Origin: Candidatus Rokuibacteriota bacterium
GTDB lineage: Bacteria > Methylomirabilota > Methylomirabilia > Rokubacteriales > CSP1-6
Assembly: GCA_003220675.1 (NCBI GenBank)
Contig: QHTD01000054.1
Coordinates: 18,241 to 82,240, forward strand
Reading direction: 5' to 3'
Length of the DNA: 64,000 bases
Positions 29,425-39,446 of the stretch are shown here, in pieces (position 1 is the first letter of the stretch; the number at the start of each line of letters is the position of its first letter). The position numbers and the translations under genes were made by a program. The notes under the pieces were generated by a model. That model was not told the DNA's origin and made no database searches. It worked only from the letters and a program-made list of their open reading frames with translations.

Positions 29425-29964
29425 CTACTTCTTGTCCTTGCCAACGTTCTGCTGGTCGTACGCCCGGATGATCTCGTCGGTCAGGTCCGCCTCGGGCGAG
29501 GCATACAGAAGCAGGCGACCGTCGAAAATCGCCGTGTATCCTCGCTCCTTCGCGATGCGCGTCACAACACCTTCAATCTCACGCAGCACTCGCTGGCTGG
29601 CAGTCTGCTCCTTCTTCGCCAGCTCTTTCTGCAAGTCATCCATCAGCCGGGAGGCGTCCCGCTGCTTTCGCTCGAGGAGCTCACCCTTTTCGCGTCGCGC
29701 CTCCGCCGTCATCAACGGCCCCTTCTTTTCCAGCTCCTCGCGAAGGCCCTTGAGCTCCTGGAGCTTCGCGTCCACTTCCTTCTGCATGCCCGCCTTCTCG
29801 CGTTCGAGCTGCTCGCGCGCGGCGACGCCGGCGGCGGAACGCGCCGCCACCCGCTGGATATCGATGAACGCGATCTTCGGTGTCGCCGGCTGCGCCCACG
29901 CCGGTGTAGAGACTGTGATGACGGCGACGGCCGTGAGCGTGAGTGCGCTCCCCAGGGCCCTCAT
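29425..29964 (-). CDS. skp: periplasmic chaperone Skp/OmpH
   Basis: Signal peptide [15 protein letters not shown]...AWA, then a Lys/Glu-rich coiled-coil OmpH body, between bamA and lpxD. Confidence 0.8.
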   Translation of the reverse strand: MRALGSALTLTAVAVITVSTPAWAQPATPKIAFIDIQRVAARSAAGVAAREQLEREKAGMQKEVDAKLQELKGLREELEKKGPLMTAEARREKGELLERKQRDASRLMDDLQKELAKKEQTASQRVLREIEGVVTRIAKERGYTAIFDGRLLLYASPEADLTDEIIRAYDQQNVGKDKK

Positions 29965-29974
29965 TCCACCCCTC

Positions 29975-32242
29975 CTAGAACGGCGTACCCACCGAGAAGT
30001 TAAACGCGCCAAAATCCTCGCCGGCCTTCCGGTCCGGGTTGATACCGTAGTCGACACGGATCGGCCCGAACGGCGACTGCCACCGGACGCCGCCGCCGAC
30101 GCCTTTCTTCAGATCCGTCAGATCGAACTTCGTCCCGAACCCGTACACGTTGCCGACGTCGAAGAATCCGGCGAGCCGCAGGCCGAATGGTAGCGGGATG
30201 ATGTACTCCGCGTTGCCCAGCACCTCGCTCGAGCCGCCGATCCGGAGACCGCTCTCATCCTTCGGCGATATCTGGCGGAACTTGAAGCTCCGGATCGAGT
30301 TCGGGCCGCCAAGGTAGAACCGCTCGAACACCGGCAAGCGCTCGTCGGCCCAGCCGACGCCGTAGCCCGCCTCGACACGGCCGGCCAGGATGTGGCCAAG
30401 CCAGATCGGATAGTACTGCGTGACGAAGGCCCCGGTCTTCACGTACTTCGAGTCGCCACCGAGTCCGGCGAACTCTGCCGTCAAACTATTCTGTCCACCC
30501 TTCGTCGGCGCGATGGCATTGTCACGACTGTCGCGGCCCAGGCCTCCCGACGCAGCCGAGGTCACGCGGGTCCCCACCTGCTCGACGAGCTCCGGCGAGA
30601 GCGCGGCGACCTCGCTCAGGTTGCTGATCTTGTCGTTCGACGCGCGGTAGCCGAGGTTCCACCGCCAGTACTCGAAGAACGGGCGGCCCAGCCGGAGCCC
30701 CGCGCCGAGCGATCGGTAGCGGTACTCGATGTACTGTCGGTCGTTACTGTAGAGGTCGAACCCGCCGGAGAGCGGGCGGTCGAACAGCCACGGATCCGTG
30801 AAGCTGATCACGCCCTGTTGAGTTCGGCCGCCGCCCCGCAGGCGCACCGACGCCTCCCAACCACGCCCCAGGAAGTTGCGTTGCGCGAGGTCGATGGTGC
30901 CGACGAAGCTATCCACCGACGAGAAGCCGCCGCCCAGGCTGAAGATGCCCGTGGGGCGTTCGGTGACCTCGACGTTGACGATGATCCTCGTCTTGTCGGA
31001 CCCCGGCTGCGTGTTGACCTCGACCTTCTCGAAGTAGCCGAGGTTCACGAGCTTCTGGCGAGCCCGCTCTTTCTTCTGCAGCGTGTACAAGTCGCCCTCG
31101 TGGAGGGGGATCTCACGTCGCAGGATCTTGTCCTGACTCCGCACGTTGCCGCTGATGTTGATGCGCTCCACGAACACCTCGGGCCCCTCGTTGATCTCGA
31201 TCGCGACGTTGAGCGTGTTCTCGCCAGGGACCTGATCCGTCTTGGGGACGACGTCCACCGACGCGCGGCCGATCGTGCTGTAGAGGTTCTCGATGTTCCT
31301 GATGCTCTCACGGAGCTTCGACCTCGAGAACACGTCCCCGCTCTTGAGCGTCAGCTGGCGCTGGACCTCAGGCTCGGGGAGGAGCGTGACCCCGGCGAGC
31401 TTGAGCGTACCGACCCTGAACTGCGGCCCCTCGACGATCGTGAAGGTGATCGTCACGCGCGCTTTCTCGCGGTCCACCGCCACATCGGTCGACTCGACTC
31501 GGGCCTGGATGTAGCCGTGGTCGTTATAGAGCTGGATGATCCGCTCGACGTCCTCCTCGAGCCGCTGGCGCTGAACCTTGCCCCGGAGAATGAAGTACTG
31601 CCGCTCCTGCGTCGCGAGCGCCGCCTTGAGCTCACGGTCCGTGAGCCCCTTGTTGCCCGTGAACCGGATCCTGTCGATCTTGATCTGGCGCCCCTCGACG
31701 AGGTTGAACACCACGCGCACGTCGCCGTCGGGGAACTTCTCGACATTCGGTGTCAGCTGGACCTCGAAGTACCCCTCGTCCTCGTAGAAGTCCCTGAGCT
31801 TCTCGACGGCGCGCTGGACGTCCACCGGGTTGTACACGCTGCCCAGCTTGATGTCGACCTTGTCCTGGAGCTCGGTCGTCTTCAGGGCCTTGTTGCCGAC
31901 GAAGTCGACGTCTCGCACGAAGGGCCGCTCGCTGACGACGAAGGTCACCTTCACTCCGCCTTCGAAGTCCTCGACCCGCGTCTGCACGTCGTCGAAGAAG
32001 CCCAGGCCGAAGATCGACCGGATATCCTCGGAGAGGAGGCTCGGGTTGAAGGGGGAGCCGACGGCGCTCTTGACCCGGCCCAGCACGACGGCCTCCTGAA
32101 CCCGCTTCGTGCCCTCGACCGCGATCTCCTTGATGATGATCGGGGGCTGCTGGGACCGCTGCGCGGCGGCCAGCGACGCCTGGAGGAGCGGCGCGACAAG
32201 GGCGAGAACAATGGTGAGACGGACTCGCCCCGCGGTCGACAC
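29975..32242 (-). CDS. bamA: outer membrane protein assembly factor BamA
   Basis: A signal peptide, five POTRA domains and a C-terminal 16-strand barrel ending ...FNFSVGTPF. The start is probably a GTG near 32242, and the 370 track codons upstream are an artefact. Confidence 0.85.
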   Translation of the reverse strand: MSTAGRVRLTIVLALVAPLLQASLAAAQRSQQPPIIIKEIAVEGTKRVQEAVVLGRVKSAVGSPFNPSLLSEDIRSIFGLGFFDDVQTRVEDFEGGVKVTFVVSERPFVRDVDFVGNKALKTTELQDKVDIKLGSVYNPVDVQRAVEKLRDFYEDEGYFEVQLTPNVEKFPDGDVRVVFNLVEGRQIKIDRIRFTGNKGLTDRELKAALATQERQYFILRGKVQRQRLEEDVERIIQLYNDHGYIQARVESTDVAVDREKARVTITFTIVEGPQFRVGTLKLAGVTLLPEPEVQRQLTLKSGDVFSRSKLRESIRNIENLYSTIGRASVDVVPKTDQVPGENTLNVAIEINEGPEVFVERINISGNVRSQDKILRREIPLHEGDLYTLQKKERARQKLVNLGYFEKVEVNTQPGSDKTRIIVNVEVTERPTGIFSLGGGFSSVDSFVGTIDLAQRNFLGRGWEASVRLRGGGRTQQGVISFTDPWLFDRPLSGGFDLYSNDRQYIEYRYRSLGAGLRLGRPFFEYWRWNLGYRASNDKISNLSEVAALSPELVEQVGTRVTSAASGGLGRDSRDNAIAPTKGGQNSLTAEFAGLGGDSKYVKTGAFVTQYYPIWLGHILAGRVEAGYGVGWADERLPVFERFYLGGPNSIRSFKFRQISPKDESGLRIGGSSEVLGNAEYIIPLPFGLRLAGFFDVGNVYGFGTKFDLTDLKKGVGGGVRWQSPFGPIRVDYGINPDRKAGEDFGAFNFSVGTPF

Positions 32243-32271
32243 CGGGCTCTCAGCGGTGTGGGAACGGCGTC

Positions 32272-34731
32272 CTAGTGCTCTGCAAGCTCGAGCGGCGCAT
32301 CGACAGCCTGCGCCTCGCGGAAAGTAAAGGTCGCCCCGTCGACATCCACTTCGATCCGGGCGCTTTCCGCGACCTGGCCACGCACGATCGCCTCGGCCAG
32401 GGGATCCTCGATGTACTTCTGGATCGTGCGACGGAGCTGCCGCGCGCCGTAGGTGGGATCGTACCCCTTCTCGACGAGCGTCGCCTCGGCGGCCGTCGTG
32501 AGCACGAGCGCGATCCCCTTCTCGGCGAGCTGTTTGTTGATCCGGTTGATCATCAACCGGATGATCTGCTTGATGTGATCCTCGGACAGCCCGTGGAACA
32601 CCACGGTCTCGTCGACCCGGTTGAGGAACTCGGGCCGGAACGCCCGCTTGAGCTCCTCCAGGACGCGTTCCTTCATCTTCTCGTAGGAGGCCTCGTTCGA
32701 CTCCTGCAGGAACCCGGGTGACACACGCTTGCCGATCAGGCTCGTGCCCAGGTTCGAGGTCATGATCAGGATCGCGTTCTTGAAGTCCACGACGTGGCCG
32801 AGCGAGTCGGTCAGCCGCCCGTCGTCGAGCACCTGCAGCAGCATGTTGAACACGTCGGGGTGCGCCTTCTCGATCTCGTCGAAGAGCACGACCGAGTACG
32901 GACGCCGCCGGACCTTCTCGGTCAGGAAGCCGCCCTCCTCGTAGCCCACGTAGCCGGGCGGGGCGCCGAGCAGGCGCGAGACCGAGAACTTCTCCATGTA
33001 CTCCGACATGTCTACGCGGATCAAGGCGTTCTCGTCGCCGAAGAGGTACTCGGCGAGCGCTCGCGCCAGCTCCGTCTTCCCGACGCCCGTCGGCCCCAGG
33101 AAGATGAACGAGCCGACCGGCCGCTTCGCGTCCTTCAGGCCGGCGCGCGAGCGCCGGATCGCCCGCGACACGGCCGCCACCGCGTCGTCCTGGCCGATGA
33201 TCCGCCCGTGGAGCGCCTCTTCCATGCGCGCGAGCTTCTCGGACTCCTTCTCCTCGAGCTTCGCCAGCGGAATGCCGGTCCAGCGCGACACGATGAACTC
33301 GACGTCCTCCTCCTCGACCGACTGGGTGCCCTTGCCCTTGTTCTTCTCCCACTCGCGCTTGAGCTCCTCCTCGCGGTGCCGGAGGATCTTCTCCTTCTCG
33401 CGGAGCGAGGCCGCCTTCTCGAACTCCTGCGCCTCCAGGTACATGTCTTTCTCGCGGGTGACGCGCTCGAGCTCTTTCTCGAGTTCCTTAAGCTCCGCAG
33501 GCGGCGTGAGCGCCATGAGCCGTGTGCGCGACGACGCCTCGTCGATCACGTCGATCGCCTTGTCCGGGAGATGTCGGTCGGTGATGTAGCGGTCGGCGAG
33601 GTACACTGCGGCAGAGATCGCCCGCTCCGTGATCTTCACCCTGTGGTGCGCCTCGTACTTGGGCTTGAGGCCGCGGATGATCTCGATCGCCTCCGGGACC
33701 GTGGGTGCCTTCACGATGACCGGCTGGAAGCGCCGCTCGAGCGCGCCGTCCTTCTCGATGTACTTGCGGTACTCGTCGAGCGTCGTCGCGCCAATCGTCT
33801 GGATCTCGCCCCGCGACAGCGCCGGTTTGAGCATGTTCGAGGCGTCGATCGCCCCTTCGGCGGCGCCGGCACCGATGAGCGTGTGCAGCTCGTCGAGGAA
33901 CAGGACGACGTTCTCCGACTGGCGGATCTCTTTCATCACCGCCTTGAGGCGCTCTTCGAACTGGCCCCGGTACTTGGTGCCGGCGACCAGCGCGCCCAGG
34001 TCGAGCTGGAGCAGCCGCTTGTTCACGAGCACGTCGGGCACGTCGTGGTTGACGATCTTCTGAGCGAGGCCCTCGACGATGGCCGTCTTGCCCACGCCCG
34101 GCTCGCCGATCAGCACCGGGTTGTTCTTCGTGCGCCGGGCCAGGATCTGGATGACGCGCTCGATCTCCTGCTCGCGCCCGATGACCGGATCCAGCTTACC
34201 CTCGCGGGCCAGCTGCGTGAGGTCACGGGCGAACTCGTCGAGGACGGGCGTCTGCGACCGCTTCTTGGGCCGCGGGTAGTACTGGTCGCCGAGGAGCGCG
34301 AGCGTCTCCTGCCGGACCTCGTCCAGACGTGCACCGAGCGACTCGAGAATCTTCGCGGCGATCGACTGGCCTTCCTTCATCAGGCCGAGGAGGAGGTGCT
34401 CGGTGCCGATGTAGTTGTGGCCGAGCTGGCGGGCCTCTTCGATCGAGAGCTCGAGGACGCGCTTGGCCTGCGGCGTAAAGGGCACTTCACCGAACGTGAG
34501 CGTCTTGGGGAAGCCGGCCAGGGCCCGCTCGACCTCCGCCTTCACCGTCTCGAGCCGGAGGCCCAGACGTTGGAGGACGGCGGTCGCGATCCCCTCGCCG
34601 TCGCGAATCAGGCCGAGGAGGACGTGCTCTGTGCCGACGAAATCGTGACGGAAACGGCCCGCTTCCTCACGTGCCAGAATGATGACCCGTCGCGCCCGCT
34701 CGGTGAATCGTTCAAACACTGGCTTGACCAC
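32272..34731 (-). CDS. clpC: ATP-dependent Clp protease ATP-binding subunit ClpC (class I AAA+, two NBDs, UVR linker)
   Basis: A double Clp_N repeat, Walker A GEPGVGKT and GPTGVGKT, a UVR-type linker helix, and a middle domain shorter than ClpB's. Confidence 0.9.
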   Translation of the reverse strand: MVKPVFERFTERARRVIILAREEAGRFRHDFVGTEHVLLGLIRDGEGIATAVLQRLGLRLETVKAEVERALAGFPKTLTFGEVPFTPQAKRVLELSIEEARQLGHNYIGTEHLLLGLMKEGQSIAAKILESLGARLDEVRQETLALLGDQYYPRPKKRSQTPVLDEFARDLTQLAREGKLDPVIGREQEIERVIQILARRTKNNPVLIGEPGVGKTAIVEGLAQKIVNHDVPDVLVNKRLLQLDLGALVAGTKYRGQFEERLKAVMKEIRQSENVVLFLDELHTLIGAGAAEGAIDASNMLKPALSRGEIQTIGATTLDEYRKYIEKDGALERRFQPVIVKAPTVPEAIEIIRGLKPKYEAHHRVKITERAISAAVYLADRYITDRHLPDKAIDVIDEASSRTRLMALTPPAELKELEKELERVTREKDMYLEAQEFEKAASLREKEKILRHREEELKREWEKNKGKGTQSVEEEDVEFIVSRWTGIPLAKLEEKESEKLARMEEALHGRIIGQDDAVAAVSRAIRRSRAGLKDAKRPVGSFIFLGPTGVGKTELARALAEYLFGDENALIRVDMSEYMEKFSVSRLLGAPPGYVGYEEGGFLTEKVRRRPYSVVLFDEIEKAHPDVFNMLLQVLDDGRLTDSLGHVVDFKNAILIMTSNLGTSLIGKRVSPGFLQESNEASYEKMKERVLEELKRAFRPEFLNRVDETVVFHGLSEDHIKQIIRLMINRINKQLAEKGIALVLTTAAEATLVEKGYDPTYGARQLRRTIQKYIEDPLAEAIVRGQVAESARIEVDVDGATFTFREAQAVDAPLELAEH

Positions 34732-34742
34732 CCCTTCCCGAG

Positions 34743-34789
34743 TCGCCGAGACGAAATTCTCTTTCGGCGACGCCTAGTTAGTGACTAAC
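34743..34789 (-). promoter_or_regulatory. paired palindromes in the clpC leader (candidate operator)
   Basis: TCGCCGA-N14-TCGGCGA (34743-34770) and the perfect 13-nt palindrome GTTAGTGACTAAC (34777-34789) lie 20-60 nt upstream of the clpC ATG. Confidence 0.3.
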
Positions 34790-34904
34790 GCACTCAGTAT
34801 AGCCCAGCAGGCAACACCCCGGCTAGCCTTTTTCTCCACGCGCGAGTAACTGCGCGAAACGTCGCGCGTCTTCTCGCCCCGGCGTGGCCCGGCCGTCACC
34901 GTGC

Positions 34905-35600
34905 TCAGCCGGTACCCGCGTCGATCTCCCGGGCCCGCCCCTCGACGAGCCGGTATCCCCGCTCGGCCTTCTGCGCCAGGTCGGGATTGTGGGTCGCGAC
35001 GAGGAAGGCGATGCCGCGCTCGACCTGGAGCCTGAGGAACAGGTCGTAGATGATCTCGCTCGTCTTCGGGTCTAGATTGCCCGTGGGCTCGTCGGCGAGA
35101 ACCAGCCTGGGGCCGTTCGTGAGGGCCCGGGCGATCGCGACGCGCTGCTGCTCGCCACCCGACAGCTCGCCCGGGTAATGGCGCAGCCGGTCGGCCAGGC
35201 CGACCTCGGCGAGCGCGGCCGCGGCCAGCTCCCGCGCCTGGGCGGGCGGCTTGCGCAGGAGGAGCGCCGGGATCATGGCGTTCTCGAGCGCGGACAGCTC
35301 GCCGAGCAGGTTGTAGAACTGGAAGACGAAGCCGACGTTCTGTCGCCGGTAGTGGACAAGCCCCGCCTCGCCGCGCGCGAACAGGTCCTCGCCACGGAAG
35401 AGGACGCGGCCCGCTGTGGGCCGGTCGAGCGCGCCGAGGAGGTGAAGGAGCGTGGACTTGCCGACGCCGGACGCGCCCACGAGCGCGACGATCTCGGCCG
35501 GTCGCACGACGAGGCTCGCACCCCGAAGGACGCGCACAACTTCGGGGCCCGTCCGATACTCCTTCTCCAGCTCCTCGGCGACCAGGAGCGGCTCGCTCAC
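34905..35600 (-). CDS. lolD: lipoprotein-releasing system ATP-binding protein
   Basis: ABC ATPase with Walker [10 protein letters not shown] and signature [15 protein letters not shown], adjacent to a LolC/E permease. Confidence 0.85.
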   Translation of the reverse strand: MSEPLLVAEELEKEYRTGPEVVRVLRGASLVVRPAEIVALVGASGVGKSTLLHLLGALDRPTAGRVLFRGEDLFARGEAGLVHYRRQNVGFVFQFYNLLGELSALENAMIPALLLRKPPAQARELAAAALAEVGLADRLRHYPGELSGGEQQRVAIARALTNGPRLVLADEPTGNLDPKTSEIIYDLFLRLQVERGIAFLVATHNPDLAQKAERGYRLVEGRAREIDAGTG

Positions 35601-36826
35601 TCGTACCTCAGGACGTCCACCGGCTCGAGCGCGCCCGCCCGACGCGCCGGGATGATCGTCGCGAGAAACGAGAGGAAGAGCGTCGCGCCGATCACCATGA
35701 GCCCGTCCGACAGCGTCAGCTTCATCGGCAGGTAGTCGATCTGGTAGACGTCGCTGGCGAGGCGAATCACCTTGTAGGTGTTCTGCACCCAGATGATCAG
35801 GAGACCAACGACGCTGCCGGCGACCGTGCCCGCCACGCCGATCGCCATCCCCACGGCGAAGAACGTCGCGGTGACGGACTGCCGCGAGGCGCCGATGGCC
35901 TTGAGGACCCCGATCTCTTTGCGCTTCTCCGCGACGAGCAGGACGAGGTGGCCGATGATGGCGAACGCCGCCACGAGGACGATGATCGTCACGATCACGA
36001 ACAGCGCGAGCTTCTCGAGCTGGAGCGCGGCGAAGAGGCTCCGGTTCATGTCCATCCAGTCGCGGACCCAGTACGGGAACCCGAGCGCGGCGACGACCGC
36101 GCGCCCCACGCGCTTGGCGTCGAACGCGTCGGCGAGCTTGACTTCGATGCCCGTGACGCCCGCGAGCCCGGCGAACTCCTGCGCCACCGGCAGCGCGAGG
36201 TAGGCGAACGAGGCGTCGAACTCGTACATACCGACCTCGAAGATCCCCGCGACGGTGTACCGACGCATCTTCGGCACCATGCCGACGGCCGTCAGCGCGC
36301 CCTTCGGCGAGATCACCGTCACCGTGTCGCCCGGCAGGACGCCGAGCGCCCGGGCGAGCTCACGCCCGAGCAGGATCGCCGGCTCGCCGCTCTCGACGGG
36401 CTCGAGGGCCCCGCTGCGAAGCTGCGAGCGAATGTCCTGGACCACGGCCGGCGTGCGGAGATCGATGCCGCGAACGAGACCCCCGTGGGAGCCGCCTCCC
36501 GGCGTGGTGAAGAGCGCCTGCTGGTGGACGAACGGCGTCGCCGAGCGGACGCCTGGGATCGCCGCGATCCGCGCGACGACCACGCCCGGGTCCGCGAGCC
36601 CGGCGCCGCCCGACTGGTAGACGAGCAGGTGCGGGTTGGCGGCGATGATCCTGTCGCGGATCCCGTCCTGGAAGCCCGTCATCACCGCGAGCACGACGAT
36701 GAGGGCCGCCACGCCGAGGAAGACCCCGCCGACGCCGATCCACACGAACAGCGACAGGTTCGTCCGCTGGCCGCGGGCGCGAAGGTAGCGCAGGCCGAGA
36801 AACAGCTCGAAGGGAAGCCCGCCCCT
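35597..36826 (-). CDS. lolC: lipoprotein-releasing system permease (LolC/LolE/FtsX family); it is the only permease gene present
   Basis: A MacB-like periplasmic domain between TM1 and TM2 and a C-terminal FtsX 3-TM bundle. GTG start near 36826 overlaps the lysS stop. Confidence 0.8.
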   Translation of the reverse strand, partial: RGGLPFELFLGLRYLRARGQRTNLSLFVWIGVGGVFLGVAALIVVLAVMTGFQDGIRDRIIAANPHLLVYQSGGAGLADPGVVVARIAAIPGVRSATPFVHQQALFTTPGGGSHGGLVRGIDLRTPAVVQDIRSQLRSGALEPVESGEPAILLGRELARALGVLPGDTVTVISPKGALTAVGMVPKMRRYTVAGIFEVGMYEFDASFAYLALPVAQEFAGLAGVTGIEVKLADAFDAKRVGRAVVAALGFPYWVRDWMDMNRSLFAALQLEKLALFVIVTIIVLVAAFAIIGHLVLLVAEKRKEIGVLKAIGASRQSVTATFFAVGMAIGVAGTVAGSVVGLLIIWVQNTYKVIRLASDVYQIDYLPMKLTLSDGLMVIGATLFLSFLATIIPARRAGALEPVDVLRYE

Positions 36827-38331
36827 CACGAGGCGTCGCCCTCGCCCGCCCGTCCCGCCTCGGGCCTCAGGTGCGGGAACAGGATGACCTCGCGGATCGA
36901 CGGCTGGTTGGCAAAGAGCATCACCAGACGGTCGATGCCGATCCCCTCGCCTGCCGCCGGCGGCATCCCATACTCGAGCGCGCGGACGTAGTCCTCGTCG
37001 AGCCAATGCGCCTCTTCGTCGCCCCGCGCGAGGAGCTGGGCCTGCTCGCGGAAGCGGGCGAGCTGGTCGATCGGGTCGTTCAGCTCGCTGTACGCGTTGG
37101 CCATCTCGCGCTGCCCGATGAACAGCTCGAAACGGTCCGTGAGCGCGGGGTTGTCGCGCTTCTTCTTGGCGAGCGGCGAGAGCTCGATAGGAAAGTCCAC
37201 GACGAACGTGGGTTGCACCAGCGTGGGCTCGACGACCTGCTCGAAGACCTCCTTCCAGAGCTTCCACGGCGGGCCGTCGGCGATCTGGATCCCGCGCGTG
37301 GTCGCGGCGCGGCGGAGCATCGCCGCGTCGGTCTCGGGCGTGACACGGATGCCGAGCGCCTCCGTGAGACCATCGAAGAACCCGAGCCGCCGCCAGGGCG
37401 GCGTGAGATCGATCGCGTGCTCCCCCCAGGTGAGCGCGCGCGTCCCGCGCACTGCCTGGGCGAGCTCCGTGAACAGCGCTTCGGTCAGGTCCATGAGGTC
37501 CGTGTAGTCCGCGTACGCCTGGTAGAACTCGAGCATGGTGAACTCGGGGTTGTGCTGGGTCGAGACGCCCTCGTTCCGGAAGTTCCGGTTGATCTCGTAG
37601 ACCCGCTCGAACCCGCCCACGACGAGCCGCTTGAGGTAGAGCTCCGGCGCGATTCGCAGATAGAGGTCCATGCCGAGCGCGTTATGGTGGGTCTTGAACG
37701 GCCGCGCGATGGCACCGCCCGGGATCGGCTGCATCATCGGCGTCTCGACCTCGAGGAAGCCGCGCGCGTCGAGGAACTTCCGGATCGCCGCCACGAGCCG
37801 GGCACGGAGCACGAAGATCGCCCGCACCTCCGCGTTGACGAGGAGGTCGACGTACCGCTGCCTGTAGCGCGTCTCGACATCGCGGAGGCCGTGCCATTTC
37901 TCGGGCAGCGGCCGGAGCGACTTGGCGAGGAACGTGAACGCCTTGACGGCAACCGTCAGCTCGCCGGTCCGCGTCCGGAACATCTCGCCGGTGACGCCGA
38001 CGAAGTCGCCGCGGTCGAGGTCGGTGAAGCGCGCGTAGTCGTCGCCGAGCTGGTCCGCCCTCGCGTAGAGCTGGATCCGCCCCGTGTAGTCCATCAGGTG
38101 GCCGAAGCACGACTTGCCGTGATGGCGTAGGGCGACGATGCGTCCGGCCAGGCTCACGGGGCCGAACCCCTTCAGCTCCTCGTCGCCGGCGGTGCGGAGC
38201 CGGTCAGCGAGCGGCAGCGCCCAGTGGGTCACCGGGAAGCGGCCGCCGAACGGATCGATCCCCGCCCCCCGAAGCGCCGAAAGCTTTTCGTGCCGCGGGC
38301 GGATCAGCTCGTTCGCGTCGTCTGGGCTCAC
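36826..38331 (-). CDS. lysS: lysyl-tRNA synthetase, class II
   Basis: An OB anticodon-binding domain plus class II motifs ([35 protein letters not shown]). Confidence 0.9.
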   Translation of the reverse strand: MSPDDANELIRPRHEKLSALRGAGIDPFGGRFPVTHWALPLADRLRTAGDEELKGFGPVSLAGRIVALRHHGKSCFGHLMDYTGRIQLYARADQLGDDYARFTDLDRGDFVGVTGEMFRTRTGELTVAVKAFTFLAKSLRPLPEKWHGLRDVETRYRQRYVDLLVNAEVRAIFVLRARLVAAIRKFLDARGFLEVETPMMQPIPGGAIARPFKTHHNALGMDLYLRIAPELYLKRLVVGGFERVYEINRNFRNEGVSTQHNPEFTMLEFYQAYADYTDLMDLTEALFTELAQAVRGTRALTWGEHAIDLTPPWRRLGFFDGLTEALGIRVTPETDAAMLRRAATTRGIQIADGPPWKLWKEVFEQVVEPTLVQPTFVVDFPIELSPLAKKKRDNPALTDRFELFIGQREMANAYSELNDPIDQLARFREQAQLLARGDEEAHWLDEDYVRALEYGMPPAAGEGIGIDRLVMLFANQPSIREVILFPHLRPEAGRAGEGDAS

Positions 38332-38341
38332 CGGCCCGCCT

Positions 38342-39446
38342 CTAGGCCTCGCGTCCGCGCGTCCAGAGCAGGTAGGCCCGGATCAGCCCGTCGAGGTCGC
38401 CGTCCATCACCGCCTCGACGTTGCCGATCTCGAGCCCCGTCCGGTGGTCCTTGATGAGCTGGTAGGGATGAAACGTGTACGAGCGGATCTGACTGCCGAA
38501 GGCGATCTCCTTCTTCTCGCCGGTGAGCTCGTCGAGCTCCTCGCGCTGCTTCTTCTGCGCCAGCTCGTAGAGCCGCGCTTTGAGAATTCGCATCGCCGTG
38601 TCGCGGTTGCGAAGCTGCGAGCGCTCGTTCTGGCACTGGACGACGATGCCCGTCGGCAAGTGCGTGATGCGGACGGCCGAGTCGGCGGTGTTGACCCCCT
38701 GGCCGCCGGGACCGGAGGCGCGGAAGACGTCCACCCGGACCTCGTCCTCCCTTAGGTTCACCTCCACGTCGTCCACCTCCGGCACGACCGCGACCGACGC
38801 GAAGCTCGTCTGCCGGCGGCGCGAGGCGTCGAACGGCGAGATCCTGACGAGCCGGTGAACGCCCGTCTCGCCCTTGAGGGAGCCGTAGGCGTACTCGCCC
38901 GTAATCTCGACGGTCGCCGACTTGATCCCCGCCTCGTCGCCGGGGAGGAGGTCCACGACCTCCGCCCTGAGGCCCGCGCGCTCACACCAGCGAAGGTACA
39001 TCCGGAGCAGCATCTGCGCCCAGTCCTGGGACTCCGTACCGCCGGCGCCCGGATGGATCGAGAGGACCGCGGCCTTGGCGTCGTGGGCGCCCGACATCAT
39101 GACCTTCAGCTCGAACTGGTCGAGATCCTTGCGGAGGCTCACGACGCCGGCGGCGATCTCGGCGTCGAGACTCCCATCGTCCGCCTCGGCCGCGAGCTCG
39201 AGGAGCACGGTGAGGTCCTCGGTGCGGGTGGCCAGCTCCTTCAGCCGGCTGACGCTCCGGCTGAGCTCCGTGCGCTCCCGGATGAGCTCCTGGGCGCGGC
39301 GGTTGTCCTCCCAGAACGCGGGCGACGCCATCTCTGCGTCGAGCGCAGCGAGCCGCCTTTCCCTCGCGGGGACGTCAAAGATGCCCCCGGAGCTCGTTCA
39401 CCCGCGTGGCGAGGTCGGCGACGTCACGCTTGAGCTCGCCGAGCAT
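38342..39446 (-). CDS. prfB: peptide chain release factor 2, made by a programmed +1 frameshift
   Basis: Frame 0 reads [23 protein letters not shown] then TGA. The +1 frame continues [25 protein letters not shown]... into a SPF-motif RF2 body with GGQ. The site is CTT TGA C with a GGGGG SD-like element 3 nt upstream. Confidence 0.9.
39374..39380 (-). other. RF2 autoregulatory +1 frameshift heptamer CUU UGA C
   Basis: The minus strand reads CGGGGGCATCTTTGAC, the canonical shifty stop with an upstream SD-like stimulator. Confidence 0.85.

Noticed and set aside
29975-33352. Long N-terminal 'extensions' on track ORFs. Examples are the first 370 aa of the bamA ORF, 239 aa of the waaA ORF, 200 aa of the aroA ORF, 193 aa of the lnt ORF, 190 aa of the lpxA ORF and 159 aa of a GT4 ORF
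   Set aside because: These segments are Arg-rich junk that overlaps the upstream gene in a different frame. The true starts (often GTG) sit at or next to the upstream stop codon. They are not real fusion domains.
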